A stretch of DNA of 63,848 bases, filler included, from Octopus bimaculoides (taxonomy: Eukaryota): the NCBI RefSeq assembly GCF_001194135.2. It is 4 parts of 4 records of this genome, joined end to end, with 100 filler letters (N's around TTAATTAATTAA, not from the genome) between each part and the next. Parts side by side here need not be neighbours in the genome. Positions count along the whole stretch, not along the records: positions 16,719 to 46,764 come from NC_068982.1; positions 46,865 to 56,011 come from NC_069001.1; 2 more parts are not named here. One strand, given 5' to 3'. The notes under the pieces were generated by a model. That model ran no database searches. It saw only the letters and a list, made by a program, of their open reading frames with translations, and was not told the origin of the DNA. Positions 37,999 through 50,961 of this stretch are shown here, one piece after another. How positions within the stretch are numbered: position 1 is the stretch's first letter; each line of letters opens with the position of its first letter. Made by a program: the position numbers and the translations under genes.

Positions 37999-38760
37999 CT
38001 TCGTAACACAGTGTAGGTAATAATGCACTGGAGTCTTTAGTCATCTGTCAAGTCACAACAAGGACCTCAGACAGATGACACTTTCCTTAAGATGTGCGCT
38101 GTGCCCAATAAAGCTGCTTTTTGCAAGACATTAATCTTACATGGGATTTCCAGTTGCTTTAAGAAGTCTTGAAGTTTCAATGGGATTGAACCCAACACTC
38201 CGATCACCACTGGTACCACTTTTACATTAACCCCCTCGCATTCCATACAGTCTTGCCATTTCCACTTTCAATTCTGAGTACTTCGTGACTTTTCAACCTC
38301 TTTATTCACAGCATTCATGTCATTTGTTATGGCTGCACCAATGATCTGACACTATTTGTCTCTCTTATTCGCTATGACAATATCCGGCCGACGGTGTTCG
38401 ATTACACGATCCGACTGAAAATCATTGTCCCAAAGTATCGTTACTTTCCCATCCTCCTGCATAACTTCACTTGGTACATGCTCATACCACTTCTCTGTTA
38501 CTTCATGTTGGTGTTTACAGCATAAGAGCCAATGGAGATACACACACATTTTATCGTGGCGGCTTTTGTATTCTTTTTGTGCAAAGCTCTCACATCCCCG
38601 AACTAAGTGGGTCACATCTTCCACACTCTTTCCACAGAGTCTGCATTTCTGGGTGTCAGAAGTTTTATCGATGTTATACTTCACTGAACTGGTAGCGAGA
38701 GCCTGGTCTTGTGCAGCAATGGTCAAGCTTTCGGTGGTACGCTTCAAATCACCTCACTCA
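37753..38760 (-). mobile_element. Two tandem R4/Dong 3' ends, each ending in (TAA)n
   Basis: TIAAQDQAL..KCRLCGKSVEDVTHLVRGC..RHDK..HRRPDIVIANK; (TAA)n tails on the minus strand at 37937-37997 and 37755-37768. Confidence 0.88.
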
Positions 38761-38789
38761 ACCCATGCCCACGATACGATGCTGTATTG

Positions 38790-38917
38790 CGTGCCATGCT
38801 TTCCTCCCAACGCCTCCTTTTTCTCTACTGCACCCCCCTTAGACACCAACGACTACTTGGACCCCCTCAACGCCCACCGAGGGGGGGGGGCGGTAGCGCC
38901 CACTTTGAGAACCTATG
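38790..38917 (-). mobile_element. hAT (Charlie-like) terminal sequence
   Basis: cactttgagaacctatg terminus; inverted homolog of 36537-36660. Confidence 0.65.
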
Positions 38918-40333
38918 ATATACATTTATAGGGGCAATATGAACCGCTGTCGCTATGCATCTTTGTATGGGGGTCACTACGAACACCTGTTTTCTCTCTT
39001 TCCCTCTCCCCCCTCTCTCTGCATCTGTGTGTCGTTTACTTTTTACTACTTTCAGTCATCAAACTGCGGCCATGCTGGGGCACCGCTTGGAAGGGTTTTA
39101 GTCGAACAAATCGACCCTGTACTTAAGACCTGGTTTCTTTTTTTCTTTTTTAAGTCTAGTACTATCAGTGTCTTATGCAGAAAAGCTAGGTTACGGAAAC
39201 ATAAGCAAACCAACACCGACTGGTTGTCAAGCGATGGGTGATGACAAACGCAGACACAAATAAGCACAGATACACATATACGACGGGCTTCCATATAGTT
39301 TCCTTCTACCAAATTCACTCTCCCAGCGTTGGTCGGTCCGTAGCTACAGTAGGACACAATTTCCTAAGGTTCCCACATTTACTCACAAGGCTTTGGTCGG
39401 CCAGGGGCTATAATAGAAAGCACTTGCCTGAGATGCTGCGCGGTGGGACTGACCCCGAAACCACGTGGTTGCAAAGCGAACTTCTTAACCACATAGCCGT
39501 ACCTGCACTTGTATTAAACATATACGCAAGGCAAAACACAGCCGTCACACGCGAGCGAGTATGACTTGAGATTGCGTGCCATGCTTTCGCTAATTATTCT
39601 AAGTGCCTTTATATGCACGAATAGACAGACGCATTGTCACCTGAGCGGCTTCCTCTTTGACTCTTCATGATACAGTTTGGTTATGTTTAGTGTTTCTATA
39701 TCTCTCGGTTGCAACGTCTGTTTCCTCCACTTCATCACTCCCTCTTTCTGTAATAGCAAATGGCCGGTCCATTGTCGCCCACAACACTCACTCTGTGTGT
39801 GTGTATGTATGTTTCTCTCTCTCTTTCTCTTCTTACTATTTGTATTTATAATTTTCTCTTACCCAACCACCCTTTTCACTTTGTTCTCTCTCCTCCAGCA
39901 CGCATACACCCACACCCACATCAGATTACGTAATATACATCAACAACAAGCAATATCCCAATAGATTTCCCTACTCATCACTGTAACTTCTCTCTCCCTC
40001 TGACTATAGATCACAAACGGGAGCAATCGCTTTATCAACTGATTTATTTTCATCGGGAAAGAAAATCTCCATTATAGTTATTAATTCTGTTAAAAAAAAC
40101 AAAACAACAAAAAAACAAGCTGAATATTTCATTTGCTCTCAACGTGATGGACCAAATGAAAATACACACATATATATATGCGCGTCTTTGAGTGTGTGTA
40201 TATNNNNNNNNNNNNNNNNNNNNNNNNNNNNNNNNNNNNNNNNNNNNNNNNNNNNNNNNNNNNNNNNNNNNNNTATATATATATATAAATGTGTGTGTAT
40301 ATGTGTGAGTGAGCATTTGTGCGTGTGTATGTG

Positions 40334-40366
<33 letters not shown>

Positions 40367-40391
40367 ATGTGTGTGTGCGCACACACACATA

Positions 40392-40860
40392 CAAGGTGTT
40401 CAAAACGTCTCTCCGCAGTGAATTCTTTCATCCAACGCACGCACAACTTAGCTATCACTGCGTGGACGGTCGGGTGTCAGCCATTGTCCCTCAGTCACTG
40501 TGTACTCTTCAGCGTGTCAACATGCATACTTTCAGCAAGATGGAGCTACAGCACATACTTCTCGTATCACCAAGAGTTTTTCGGTGAACAAATTATTTCG
40601 AAGGGACTTTGGTCACCAAGATCACCTGATTTAACACCCTCAGACTATTTTTCCTGGGGAGCAAGTAAAGGATCAGTGTACAAGAATCGCTCGAAAACCA
40701 TTAATGAGTTGAAAGATGCAATCATAACCTTCACACGGTCCATACCGCGTCAGACTCTCTAAGATGCATCAGACTCTCCAAAATGTATTTCAAAACCTGT
40801 GTAGAAGAGTCAACTTATGTATTGAAAGCGAAGGACGATACTTTCAACACCTCTTATAAG
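40392..40860 (+). mobile_element. Tc1/mariner-superfamily (DDD, maT/rosa-like) transposase C-terminal relic
   Basis: FQQDGATAHTSR / WSPRSPDLTPSDYFSWG / EGRYFQHLL*. Confidence 0.8.
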
Positions 40861-42401
40861 GTTTCTTAAATTCTTGTGATGTCTAATATATTCTTTTGTA
40901 GTCTTATACCATCTTGTAAATATTTGCAATAAGAAAGAGGTCATCACCGACCCAACCACAAAGAAAAATAATGTTTTCCAGAAAAAATTCAGCAAACACT
41001 GAATCATACACCAAAATGAAGCTGGTCCTCTGTGGATCACATCCCTACTTCCCAACACAGTCAGCGTTTCTCTCAATAGCAATGTTCCACCTCCGAATGA
41101 GAGCATGTATCCCTGCTCCGTAAAATTCTGTTGACTGTTCTTCTCTTACTCGCCACCCCATTTTGAAGTAACACGCCCTATCAAAATATTGGCTTCAAAA
41201 TTTGGCACAAAGNNNNNNNNNNNNNNNNNNNNNNNNNNNNNNNNNNNNNNNNNNNNNNNNNNNNNNNNNNNNNNNNNNNNNNNNNNNNNNNNNNNNNNNN
41301 NNNNNNNNNNNNNNNNNNNNNNNNNNNNNNNNNNNNNNNNNNNNNNNNNNNNNNNNNNNNNNNNNNNNNNNNNNNNNNNNNNNNNNNNNNNNNNNNNNNN
41401 NNNNNNNNNNNNNNNNNNNNNNNNNNNNNNNNNNNNNNNNNNNNNNNNNNNNNNNNNNNNNNNNNNNNNNNNNNNNNNNNNNNNNNNNNNNNNNNNNNNN
41501 NNNNNNNNNNNNNNNNNNNNNNNNNNNNNNNNNNNNNNNNNNNNNNNNNNNNNNNNNNNNNNNNNNNNNNNNNNNNNNNNNNNNNNNNNNNNNNNNNNNN
41601 NNNNNNNNNNNNNNNNNNNNNNNNNNNNNNNNNNNNNNNNNNNNNNNNNNNNNNNNNNNNNNNNNNNNNNNNNNNNNNNNNNNNNNNNNNNNNNNNNNNN
41701 NNNNNNNNNNNNNNNNNNNNNNNNNNNNNNNNNNNNNNNNNNNNNNNNNNNNNNNNNNNNNNNNNNNNNNNNNNNNNNNNNNNNNNNNNNNNNNNNNNNN
41801 NNNNNNNNNNNNNNNNNNNNNNNNNNNNNNNNNNNNNNNNNNNNNNNNNNNNNNNNNNNNNNNNNNNNNNNNNNNNNNNNNNNNNNNNNNNNNNNNNNNN
41901 NNNNNNNNNNNNNNNNNNNNNNNNNNNNNNNNNNNNNATATATATATATATATAGTGGCGGTGGTGGAAGAGAGAGAGACAGAGATAAAGGAAGAGAGGG
42001 AAAGGAGGAGACGGAACAGAAGGTGAAGTGTTAACAGAACGTTTCTCGTCGGAAAGATGGAAACAATAAAGCGAGGAAAAGCAAAATGTAAAGAAAGGTA
42101 TGCAGGGGTGAAGTCATTGTAAATAATGCATGCAGTAAATATGTTTTTTTTAACAGATAACGAGCTATCATTTAGATGAACTGGAATTATTATCAAGTAG
42201 AACAACAGACGATCTATCTCTCGCCGTCATTAATCCGTCGCTTGATTTAACGCCATCAACGGGCTTTCGTATTTTTTTTTTATGGATTCTAGTCTGTTGT
42301 AGTAAGTATTCGGGTCAAATCTCTGGTCTACCTTTTACTTGTTTCAGACTGCCACCATGAACGTATATTTCTCAGTAGAGTAGGTGTATTAATTATTCAT
42401 A

Positions 42402-42611
42402 CAATAGTACCATTTCAACCGGTTTTACCCATCGGTTTCGTACACGAGTTGGGGGAAAACCAGTCTTTGATTCATCGGAAGGGCTGATAGGTAAAGAGCC
42501 CGCGTCATACTTTTGCGACCAACCCTTCTGATGAGCGCCAGGATTGGTTTTTCCAAACTCTCGTGTGCGAAACCGATTCATAAGATTGGCTGAATTAGAA
42601 TTATAATATTG
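42402..42611. mobile_element. Fold-back element with paired hammerhead motifs
   Basis: Inverted arms around a spacer of about 40 nt. The plus arm reads ccctt-CTGATGA-gcgc..gtgc-GAAA; the minus arm reads ccctt-CCGATGA..GAA-ACC(gatg)GGT-A. Confidence 0.7.
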
Positions 42612-42722
42612 TTTGGTGTGTATGTGTACAAACAAACACATCGTATTTACTCGTGCATAAGTTGCATCAGTTGATTTTAACTTAAAAACCTGAGCTGAGA
42701 TGTATAATACGATAGATATATA

Positions 42723-42910
42723 CAGTGATACCTCGCAGTTCGAGTTTAGTTCGTCCTATGATCGAGCTCGTCTTACGATTAAAGATGGGATGATTTGTAT
42801 GCTCGTACTGCGGATTTCCGCTCGTATTTCAAGACGAAAATTCGCACGAGTCTCGGCTCGTACAGCAAATTACTCGTACAATGAGACACTCGTACTGCGA
42901 GGTTCTACTG
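42723..42910. mobile_element. pogo/Tigger-type MITE
   Basis: TA|cagtgatacctcgcagttcgagt ... actcgtactgcgaggttctactg|TA. Confidence 0.82.
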
Positions 42911-43458
42911 TATATATATTCTTTTATCTGTTTCAGTTATTTCACTGCGGCCATGCTGGAACACCGCCTTTAGTCGAACAAATCGACCTCAGGACTTATT
43001 CTTTGTAAGTCTAGTACTTATTCTATCGATGACTTTTGACGAACCGCTAGATAACGGGGATGCAAACACACCAGCATCGTTGTCAAGCGATGGAGTGGGG
43101 ACAAACACAGACACACAAACGTATATATNNNNNNNNNNNNNNNNNNNNNNNNNNNNNNNNNNNNNNNNNNNNNNNNNNNNNNNNNNNNNNNNNNNNNNNN
43201 NNNNNNNNNNNNNNNNNNNNNNNNNNNNNNNNNNNNNNNNNNNNNNNNNNNNNNNNNNNNNATATATATGACGGGCTTCTTTCAGTTTCCGTCTACCAAA
43301 TCGACTCACCAGGGTTTGGTCGGGCCGAGGCTATAGTAGAAGACACTTCAGTGGGACTGAACTCTGGACCATGTGGTTGATAAACAAGCTACTAACCACA
43401 CATCCACTCCTGCGCCTATATATATATTCATGAGATTACATACGCATTTATGTATGCA

Positions 43459-43490
<32 letters not shown>

Positions 43491-44375
43491 AGAATGAGTG
43501 AGTAAACTGTTGAGTAAAATCTTTTAAAAGTGGGGTTAAATGCAAAAGAAATGAAAGAATAGACCGGAAGTGACGACAGTAACGCAGATGAGAGGAGAAA
43601 AGAAAAGAAAAATGCATAACATTTCATTAACGTGCTGCGAATGATACCACATATCGACAGACACCCACGTTTATTGTATCTGTAAGTGAAGTATTAAGTG
43701 TTACAGAGATAGCAGCTGAAGTAGTACAATGTTTTTGAATAGTATTTCCAGCAAATGATGCCATACAAAAGACTGAAAACATTGCTCGCGGCTCGACGTC
43801 TGCTCGCGAACATGGCTACCATGTGATAGCTGTGGGCTTCATATGTCGGTTCAGGTGATGTAACTTTTACAGCTGACAATATTATTAATCGCTCGCCGTA
43901 CTCCGTAGATCCAGACGATGTTTAGTCTTAATATTACTTGTGTTTCACTGATTGGGCTGCGGCCTTGCTGGGGCATCGAGTTGAAAAGTTTTGTTTATCA
44001 AATCTCACCCAGTACTTACTTATTTTAAAGCTTAGTGCTTATTCTATCGTTCTTTTTTGTTCCGGATCGCTCAAAGTTAGTAGTTACGGGGACGCATACA
44101 AACCAACACCGGTTGTCAATTTGTCAAGCAATCGCGGGTGGTGTGACAAAACGCTAAGGCACGCACGTATATACTCTTTAACTCTTTTGCACGTTTCAGT
44201 CATGTGACTGCGCCTATGCTGGAGCGCCGCCTTTAGTCGAAGAAATCGACCCTAACGCTTATTCTTTGTAAGCTTATTACTTATTCTATCGATCTCTTTG
44301 CCGAACCGCTAGATTTCCGGGACATAAACACATCAACATCGGTTGTCAAGTGATGGTAGAGGGACAAAGAGATAA

Positions 44376-44423
<48 letters not shown>

Positions 44424-44424
44424 G

Positions 44425-44495
<71 letters not shown>

Positions 44496-44664
44496 GATGG
44501 GCTTCTTTCAGTTTCCGTCTACCAAATCGACTCACAAAGCTTTGGTCGGCCCGAGGCTCTAGTAAAAGACACTGGCCCAAGATGCCACGCAGTGGGACTG
44601 AACTAGGAACGATGTGGTTGGGAAGCAAGCTTCTTACCACACAGCCACGCCTGCCCTATCATCA

Positions 44665-44935
44665 TCATCATCATCATCATCATCCAATGTTTTAAATCCA
44701 GGTTTTGTCCCCGTTAACAGAGATGGCCGGATCTACCTCAATGCCATAGCAACTGCCCTCACACCATCTCGCTATCTTGCCCAGTTTTGGGTGTCATCCC
44801 TTCTCAAGCCAACCCTCCCAATCTCCTCCACCACCTGTCCCCTCCTCAGTCTACCTCGCTTTCGCGGTCCATATACCTGAAAGTCAAGCACCCTCTTCAG
44901 AACATGCTCCTCATCCCTCCTCAATAATACTTGTA
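44665..44935 (-). mobile_element. RTE LINE 3' fragment
   Basis: EEHVLKRVLDFQVYGPRKRGR, ending in (GAT)n. Confidence 0.7.
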
Positions 44936-46674
44936 TATGATGTGTTGTGAATTTATGGAAAGAAATTTCATAAAACTCAACAAATCCATAACACATCATG
45001 NNNNNNNNNNNNNNNNNNNNNNNNNNNNNNNNNNNNNNNNNNNNNNNNNNNNNNNNNNNNNNNNNNNNNNNNNNNNNNNNNNNNNNNNNNNNNNNNNNNN
45101 AAGCTGAATATCATACACACAGACACACGCACACACACTCATACAGACATGCACACACATATAAGATTTAGTCAAAGTTGAGTGTGAGACGCCGCTGAAA
45201 TTTCGTCGCCGCCTCAAACTTGAGTGTCGACTCATTCGTAGTAAACGTTACTCCACTCTACTTTAATGTTTCATACTCACACACACACAGATATTTATGA
45301 ATGTATATTTACTTAATTAAATATTTTCTCGCTTTATTGTACACGGGGGAGTAGATCGTCTGAGTTTGACGGATGTTGTAGGAGAGACCGTAACATATAT
45401 AAATTGTCTTAAGATTAAGAGAGGGAGATGGAGGAGGAGGAGGGAAATGAACGAGGAAGAAGGGAGGCACGAAGAAGGAGGAGGTGAAAGCAAATATGAT
45501 GTGAAGGGGAGGAGAGGGGAAGTGAGAGAGGGAGAACTGGAGCTGCATAGATTATGTTTATGTTTCTTTGGATCTGATTATAAAATATTTATATCATGGC
45601 GAGTCTCTTTCGTTCCCTCAACATCTGCACGCATTAAAATATAAATATATCTGTTACACCACAGTGTGTGTAAGTAAATACATACACATACATAATTATT
45701 AAAACGAACTTTTGCCTCCCCACCCCGCAAGATGTTTTATAAAATCTTAAAGGGAAAAGATTAACACGGACGTAAATAGGAGAGAATTTTGTGTTAGTAA
45801 GCGCCTTGTCTTTAACCTTTCAGACAACTTTTCTTAAATTTCCATAGCCGCAGGAGTGGCCGTGTGCATGGTTCCAGGTTCAGTCCCACTGCGTGACTCC
45901 TTGTGCAACTGTTTTCTACTATAGCCTCGGGCCGACCAAAGTCTTATGAGTGGATTTGGTAGACGGAAACTGAAAGAAGCCCGTCGTATGTGTGTGAGCG
46001 CGCGCAGGTATGTGTCTGTCACTCTGTCCGTCACTTCTTGACAACCAGGTTTTGGTGTGTTTATAAAACAAGCAGAGGAATGCTTTCTTCCAAGGAATCT
46101 AATGCTCTTAGCTTAGTTTTTCCTTGGGGCTGGCCAGATTGGAGCAATATCGAGAATAATCAGCCGAAATTGCAAAGATAATCTGGATCTCGAGTGAAGA
46201 GAGAAAACTCCAAATGACATGATGACATGTCCGTGTTTTCTTTGTATCGTCTATCTGTATGTTTTGTCCCTTTCTTGTATCACCTAACTGTCTGGATGTT
46301 TTGCGTTCTCATATATAAGTCATGGGGTCGATTTACTCGACTAAAGGCGGTGCTCTAGCATGGCCACAGTCAAATGTTTGAAACAAATAAAACAATAAGG
46401 GATATATAAAATATCCCGAAACAGCTGTAAGACCTTCTATTTATAAATGTTCTGGAATCTTTCACAGCCTTAGATTTTTATCTCATTCTGTTAATTTTTT
46501 TTATATCTACACATACTGATATATGACCTACGTTGGACTCCTCATTCGCATAATCATTGAACCTGGAGCTTAACTATAGTCTGTCCATAACACTTACTCA
46601 GCATTACCTGACACCTTTGGGTCTTATTGATACCATTACCTCTCATAACATCTCTCTCTCTCTCTCTCTCCCCC

Positions 46675-46764
<90 letters not shown>

Positions 46765-46864
46765 NNNNNNNNNNNNNNNNNNNNNNNNNNNNNNNNNNNN
46801 NNNNNNNNTTAATTAATTAANNNNNNNNNNNNNNNNNNNNNNNNNNNNNNNNNNNNNNNNNNNN
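46765..46864. other. Artificial assembly join (44 N + TTAATTAATTAA + 44 N)
   Basis: Same 100-nt construct as at 16619. Confidence 0.95.
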
Positions 46865-47107
46865 GCGGGTGGCACATAAAAGACACCATTTCGAGCGTGG
46901 CCGTTTTCGTGCGGGTGACACGTAAAAGCACCCACTACACTCTCTGAGTGGTTGGCGTTAGGAAGGGCATCCAGCTGTAGAAACTCTGCCAAATTAGATT
47001 GGAGCCTGGTGTTGCCATCCGGTTTCACCAGTCCTCAGTCAAATCGTCCAACCCATGCCAGCATGGAAAGCGGACGTTAAACGTTGATGATGATGATGAT
47101 GATGATG
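46865..47107 (+). mobile_element. SINE family B, young copy
   Basis: RTE-like tail ending in (GAT)n; near-identical to 30083-30310. Confidence 0.85.
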
Positions 47108-47433
47108 TCGCTTTCACACTCACACACAGACATACATCCTTAACGCTATAATAAATATCTCTGTTATTCATCTAATACGGTTGTGGTCTTTCAGTACTGG
47201 TCGTCTATGTTATCGTCGCATAACATATCATGTATATCATCATTGATATATAATATTTGTGTGTTTGACCATGTGACACGTTTAAATAAAAGGAGTCCTC
47301 TGTTTTTCCATTCGTCACCATTTCTCCTTTTGTGGGTTCACACGGTCGTTCCTTGCATATACATATATAATTAAAAATACATATATACACACAAATACAT
47401 ACATGTATACACATGCATTATTATGATTGACCG

Positions 47434-49445
47434 TTGACTGAACACTATTCAATTTTTTTTCTCCGTGTTTTTCTCCTTGTCTCCGTATTCTTTCTGTTGA
47501 AGAGCGTAGCATGTATTCTCATTTCAAGAAGGTCTTCTTTTCGCTTCTCCTCAGCTCTTTGGTTAAACTCTTCCTTGTCCATCATTTCATCTGCATTTCC
47601 ACCCATATCATTTGCGGCATATTGCAGCAGGTCTTCATCACTAATTATCAAATACTCAGTAAGCATTCTCCTTTCTCTCCTTATACAATGGTCTATACTA
47701 ATTAGTCCTTTTCCACCATTCTTTCTTTTCATATACAGTCTGTTTACGTTTGCTTTAGGATGTAGCACTCCATGCAGCATCATCAACTTTCTTGTACTTC
47801 TATTCAGAATTGATATTTCCTCCTTAGTCCATTTGAGGATGGACGAACTATATCTGACCACTACAACTACCCAGATATTCCTTGCGGTAATCAAAGTTTT
47901 GGCATTCAGGTTGGATTTCAACACCATTTTCACCCTTTTTTGAAACACCTCGCTGACCTTGACTTCCACTTCTCTGTGTAGAATGTCACCCAGCTCCAAA
48001 ATCCCTAAATACCTGTACCCACTACTGCCGGGTTTACCCATGGTCTCTCCTGATGGTAATGCAATCCTCTGCAGGTTGCTTTCTTCCTTCTTTTCATATT
48101 AAATACTGAGCATTTGGTAATCCCAAATTCCATACCAATGTCCCTACTACACTTCTGAACTGTTTTGGTTTTGGAATCTTTCTGTTTTTCAGATTTCCCA
48201 AACAATTTCAGGCCATCCATAAACAGAAGATAGTTCAATGAGGGGCCTTTATTCCCACATCGGTAACCCATCTTAACTTTCCTAAGTGTCATTATTATGG
48301 TTATTAGTGCAGTTACAAACAGTAATGAAGAAGACATGTCACCTTGGAAGATACCCCCTTTTAATATTAACTTCTCGAAGGAATACATTACTTGAGAACA
48401 ATTTAGTTTTCCTCTCTTCCATGTTATGCATGAGAAAATTTGTGATGTTGTCAACAACACCAAACATCTGCAGGCATCATATCATATGTTTGTATGATGT
48501 TTTTTACAATGGCTCAAAACTGTTTTGTCAATGACTAGCTGATCCTTGGTACCCTGAGAACTCTTCCTCCATCCTTTTTTGTTTCCTTGGTAGTATTTTG
48601 TCCTGTGCCAGGAAAGTGTATGTCTTTGCCGCACTTATTCCAGTGAGTATCTTCCAGATTATGTTTAGGCATGCTATGGGATGGTAGTTTCCCACAATAT
48701 TCCCCTTTCTTCTATCTTTCATTACAAATGTTGTCCTCCCAGTCACCATCCATGCAGGGATTGTACCTTTCTGGATAAACTCATTCAATTGGGCTGCTAG
48801 TCTTTCATGCACCGCGTGGCATCTCTTCAGCCAGAAACCATGAATCCCATCCAATCCGGGGGCTTTCAAGTTAGGCACTTTACCCACTTGTTCTTTCACA
48901 TCACTTGTGCTTATAATATTCCTTTGTTTCTTTCCTCCTTGTAGTTCTGTCTTGATAGTTCCTATCCATATCGCATTCCTTTTATGCACCACATTGTTTC
49001 CCCATAATCCACTCCAGAACTCCTTAGCTTGATTTGCATCAGGAGCAATATTTTTTCCATTGTCTCCTACAGTTAGGAAGAATTGCTTTGAGTTATTTTT
49101 GAATAATCTGTTCTCCTCGAACAGCTTATTTCTGTTTACAAATCTTCTGATTTTTGCCATGATCTTCTGTTTTAACTGCTCTATTACTGCATCAGACCCG
49201 TTATTCCGTATTTTATATCTCTTCTCTAATTTTTCTCGGTCAGTCTTTTTCCCATTTTTCCAGTTTCCTCTTAACCATTGCTCAATTTTCCCCAGATCTT
49301 GCCTTGCCCACATTATGCCTCTTTCAATGCGTTGTTTCCACCACGGTTCTTTTGCTCCACCATTTTTTGTTCTCTGTAGTTATAATTTCTCCTCAACAAG
49401 TAGCACAATAGCTCGGAGAAGATTCCTTGTTTGTGTTATGTCCTC
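47434..49445 (-). mobile_element. R4/Dong-clade LINE fragment (RT region)
   Basis: KAPGLDGIHGFWLK, NYHPIACLNIIWK, GIFQGDMSSSLLFV, YLLFMDGLKLF, YRYLGILE; frameshifted. Confidence 0.92.
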
Positions 49446-49454
49446 CATACCTTC

Positions 49455-49780
49455 CTGGCACTTGTGCCAGTGGCACGTGAAAAGACATTCGAGCGAGTTC
49501 GTTGCCAGTGCCGCTGGACTGGCTCCTGTGCAGGTGGCATGTAAAATACACCATTTTGAGCGTGGCCGTTGCCAGTACCCCCTAACTGGCCTTCGTGCCG
49601 GTGGCACGTAAAAGCACCCACTACACTCTCAGAGTGGTTGGCGTTAGGAAGGGCATCCAGCTGTAGAAACTCTGCCAAATCAGATTGGAGCCTAGTGTAG
49701 CCATCTGGTTCGCCAGTCCTCAGTCAAATCGTCCAACCCATGCTATCATGGAAAGCGGACATTAAACGATGATGATGATG
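49455..49780 (+). mobile_element. SINE family B adjacent to the Dong fragment
   Basis: gttggcgttaggaagggcatccagctgtagaaactctgcc...gatgatgatg. Confidence 0.85.
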
Positions 49781-50870
49781 AATATATATACACAAACACA
49801 CACGATGTGTTTCTTTCAGTTTCCAAAACCACTCAACGCTTTGGTCTGCCTGAGGCTGTAGTAGAAGACGTTTGCCCAAGGTTCCACACAGTGGAACGGA
49901 ACCCAGAACCATGTGGTTGAGAAGCAAGCTTCTTATTACACAGCTACACCATTGTATAAGATTTTCTGATATTAGCTTTTAAATAAAAGTTTGCACAAGC
50001 ATACACACATTTTTGCATCCAAATCTGTGTTTCTAATTGTGTTTGTGTGTTTCAGATTACTGATTGCATGCTAATGCTAATATAGTCCTAGTATTGTGTG
50101 ACATATTTACATTCCACTTTAAAATTTGATAGTTGATTTTATAAAGAGCATCCAATTGCAAGAATATTTGCTCCATTGAAATCTTGCTCATCCAAACCAT
50201 ATGGTTCCAGGTTCACTCCTATTGCATGGCACTTTGGGCAAGCGTCTTCCACTGTCTAACCAAAGCATTGTCAGTGGATTTGGTTGATGAAAACTGAAAG
50301 AAGCCTGTCGTATCATCATCATCATTTAACATTTGTTGTCCATGCTGGCATGGGTTGGATAGTTTGACCAGGGCAGGTAAGCTGAGGGGCTTCACCAGAC
50401 TCCAGTTTGATTTGGCATGGTTTCACTGGCTGGATGCCCTTCCTAACGCCAACCACTCCGAGAGTGTAATAGGTGCTTTTATGTGCCACCAGCACAGGCG
50501 CCAGTTATTGTGTGACATCAGAGTTGCGTGATATATATACCTATATGTATTTGTGTTTGTGTCTGTGTTTGTCCTCCACCACCGCTTGCCAACCGGTGCT
50601 GATGTGTTTACATCCTCGTAACTTAGCAGTTCGGTAAAAGCAAATGATAGAATAAGTACTTGGCTTTAAGAAAATAATACTGTGGGCTTTTTGTCCGACT
50701 AAAAATTCTGCAAGGCGTTGCACCAGCATGGTCACTTCCTGTAAAACATTAAAAGCGTGTGTGTGTATGTAGTGTCTTTAAAGAATTGACTATGTTATAA
50801 TGTCCATACTCACCATTTTTATATATCCAATGTTTGATTGATTATACTGTTGTTGTTATTGTATTTGTAG

Positions 50871-50961
50871 GGTATTGGAACAAAAGAATCTGTTCTGACA
50901 GAAATACTCTGCACAAGAACCAATGCTGAGATTCGAGAAATCCAGGAAATTTATAAACACT
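50871..50961 (+). CDS. ANXA7: Annexin (A7-like) exon, first half of repeat 2 (GIGTKESVLTEILCTRTNAEIREIQEIYKH)
   Basis: gtatttgtAG acceptor, GTATGT donor, 91 nt, phase 0/1. Annexin GxGT...EILCTRTN motif. Orthology to vertebrate A7 is best resemblance only. Confidence 0.9.

Noticed and set aside
45185-45250. Minus-strand gtcg..cgac-GAAA hairpin preceded by CGAATGA
   Set aside because: Two core mismatches and no stem I or III; at best a very decayed relic.
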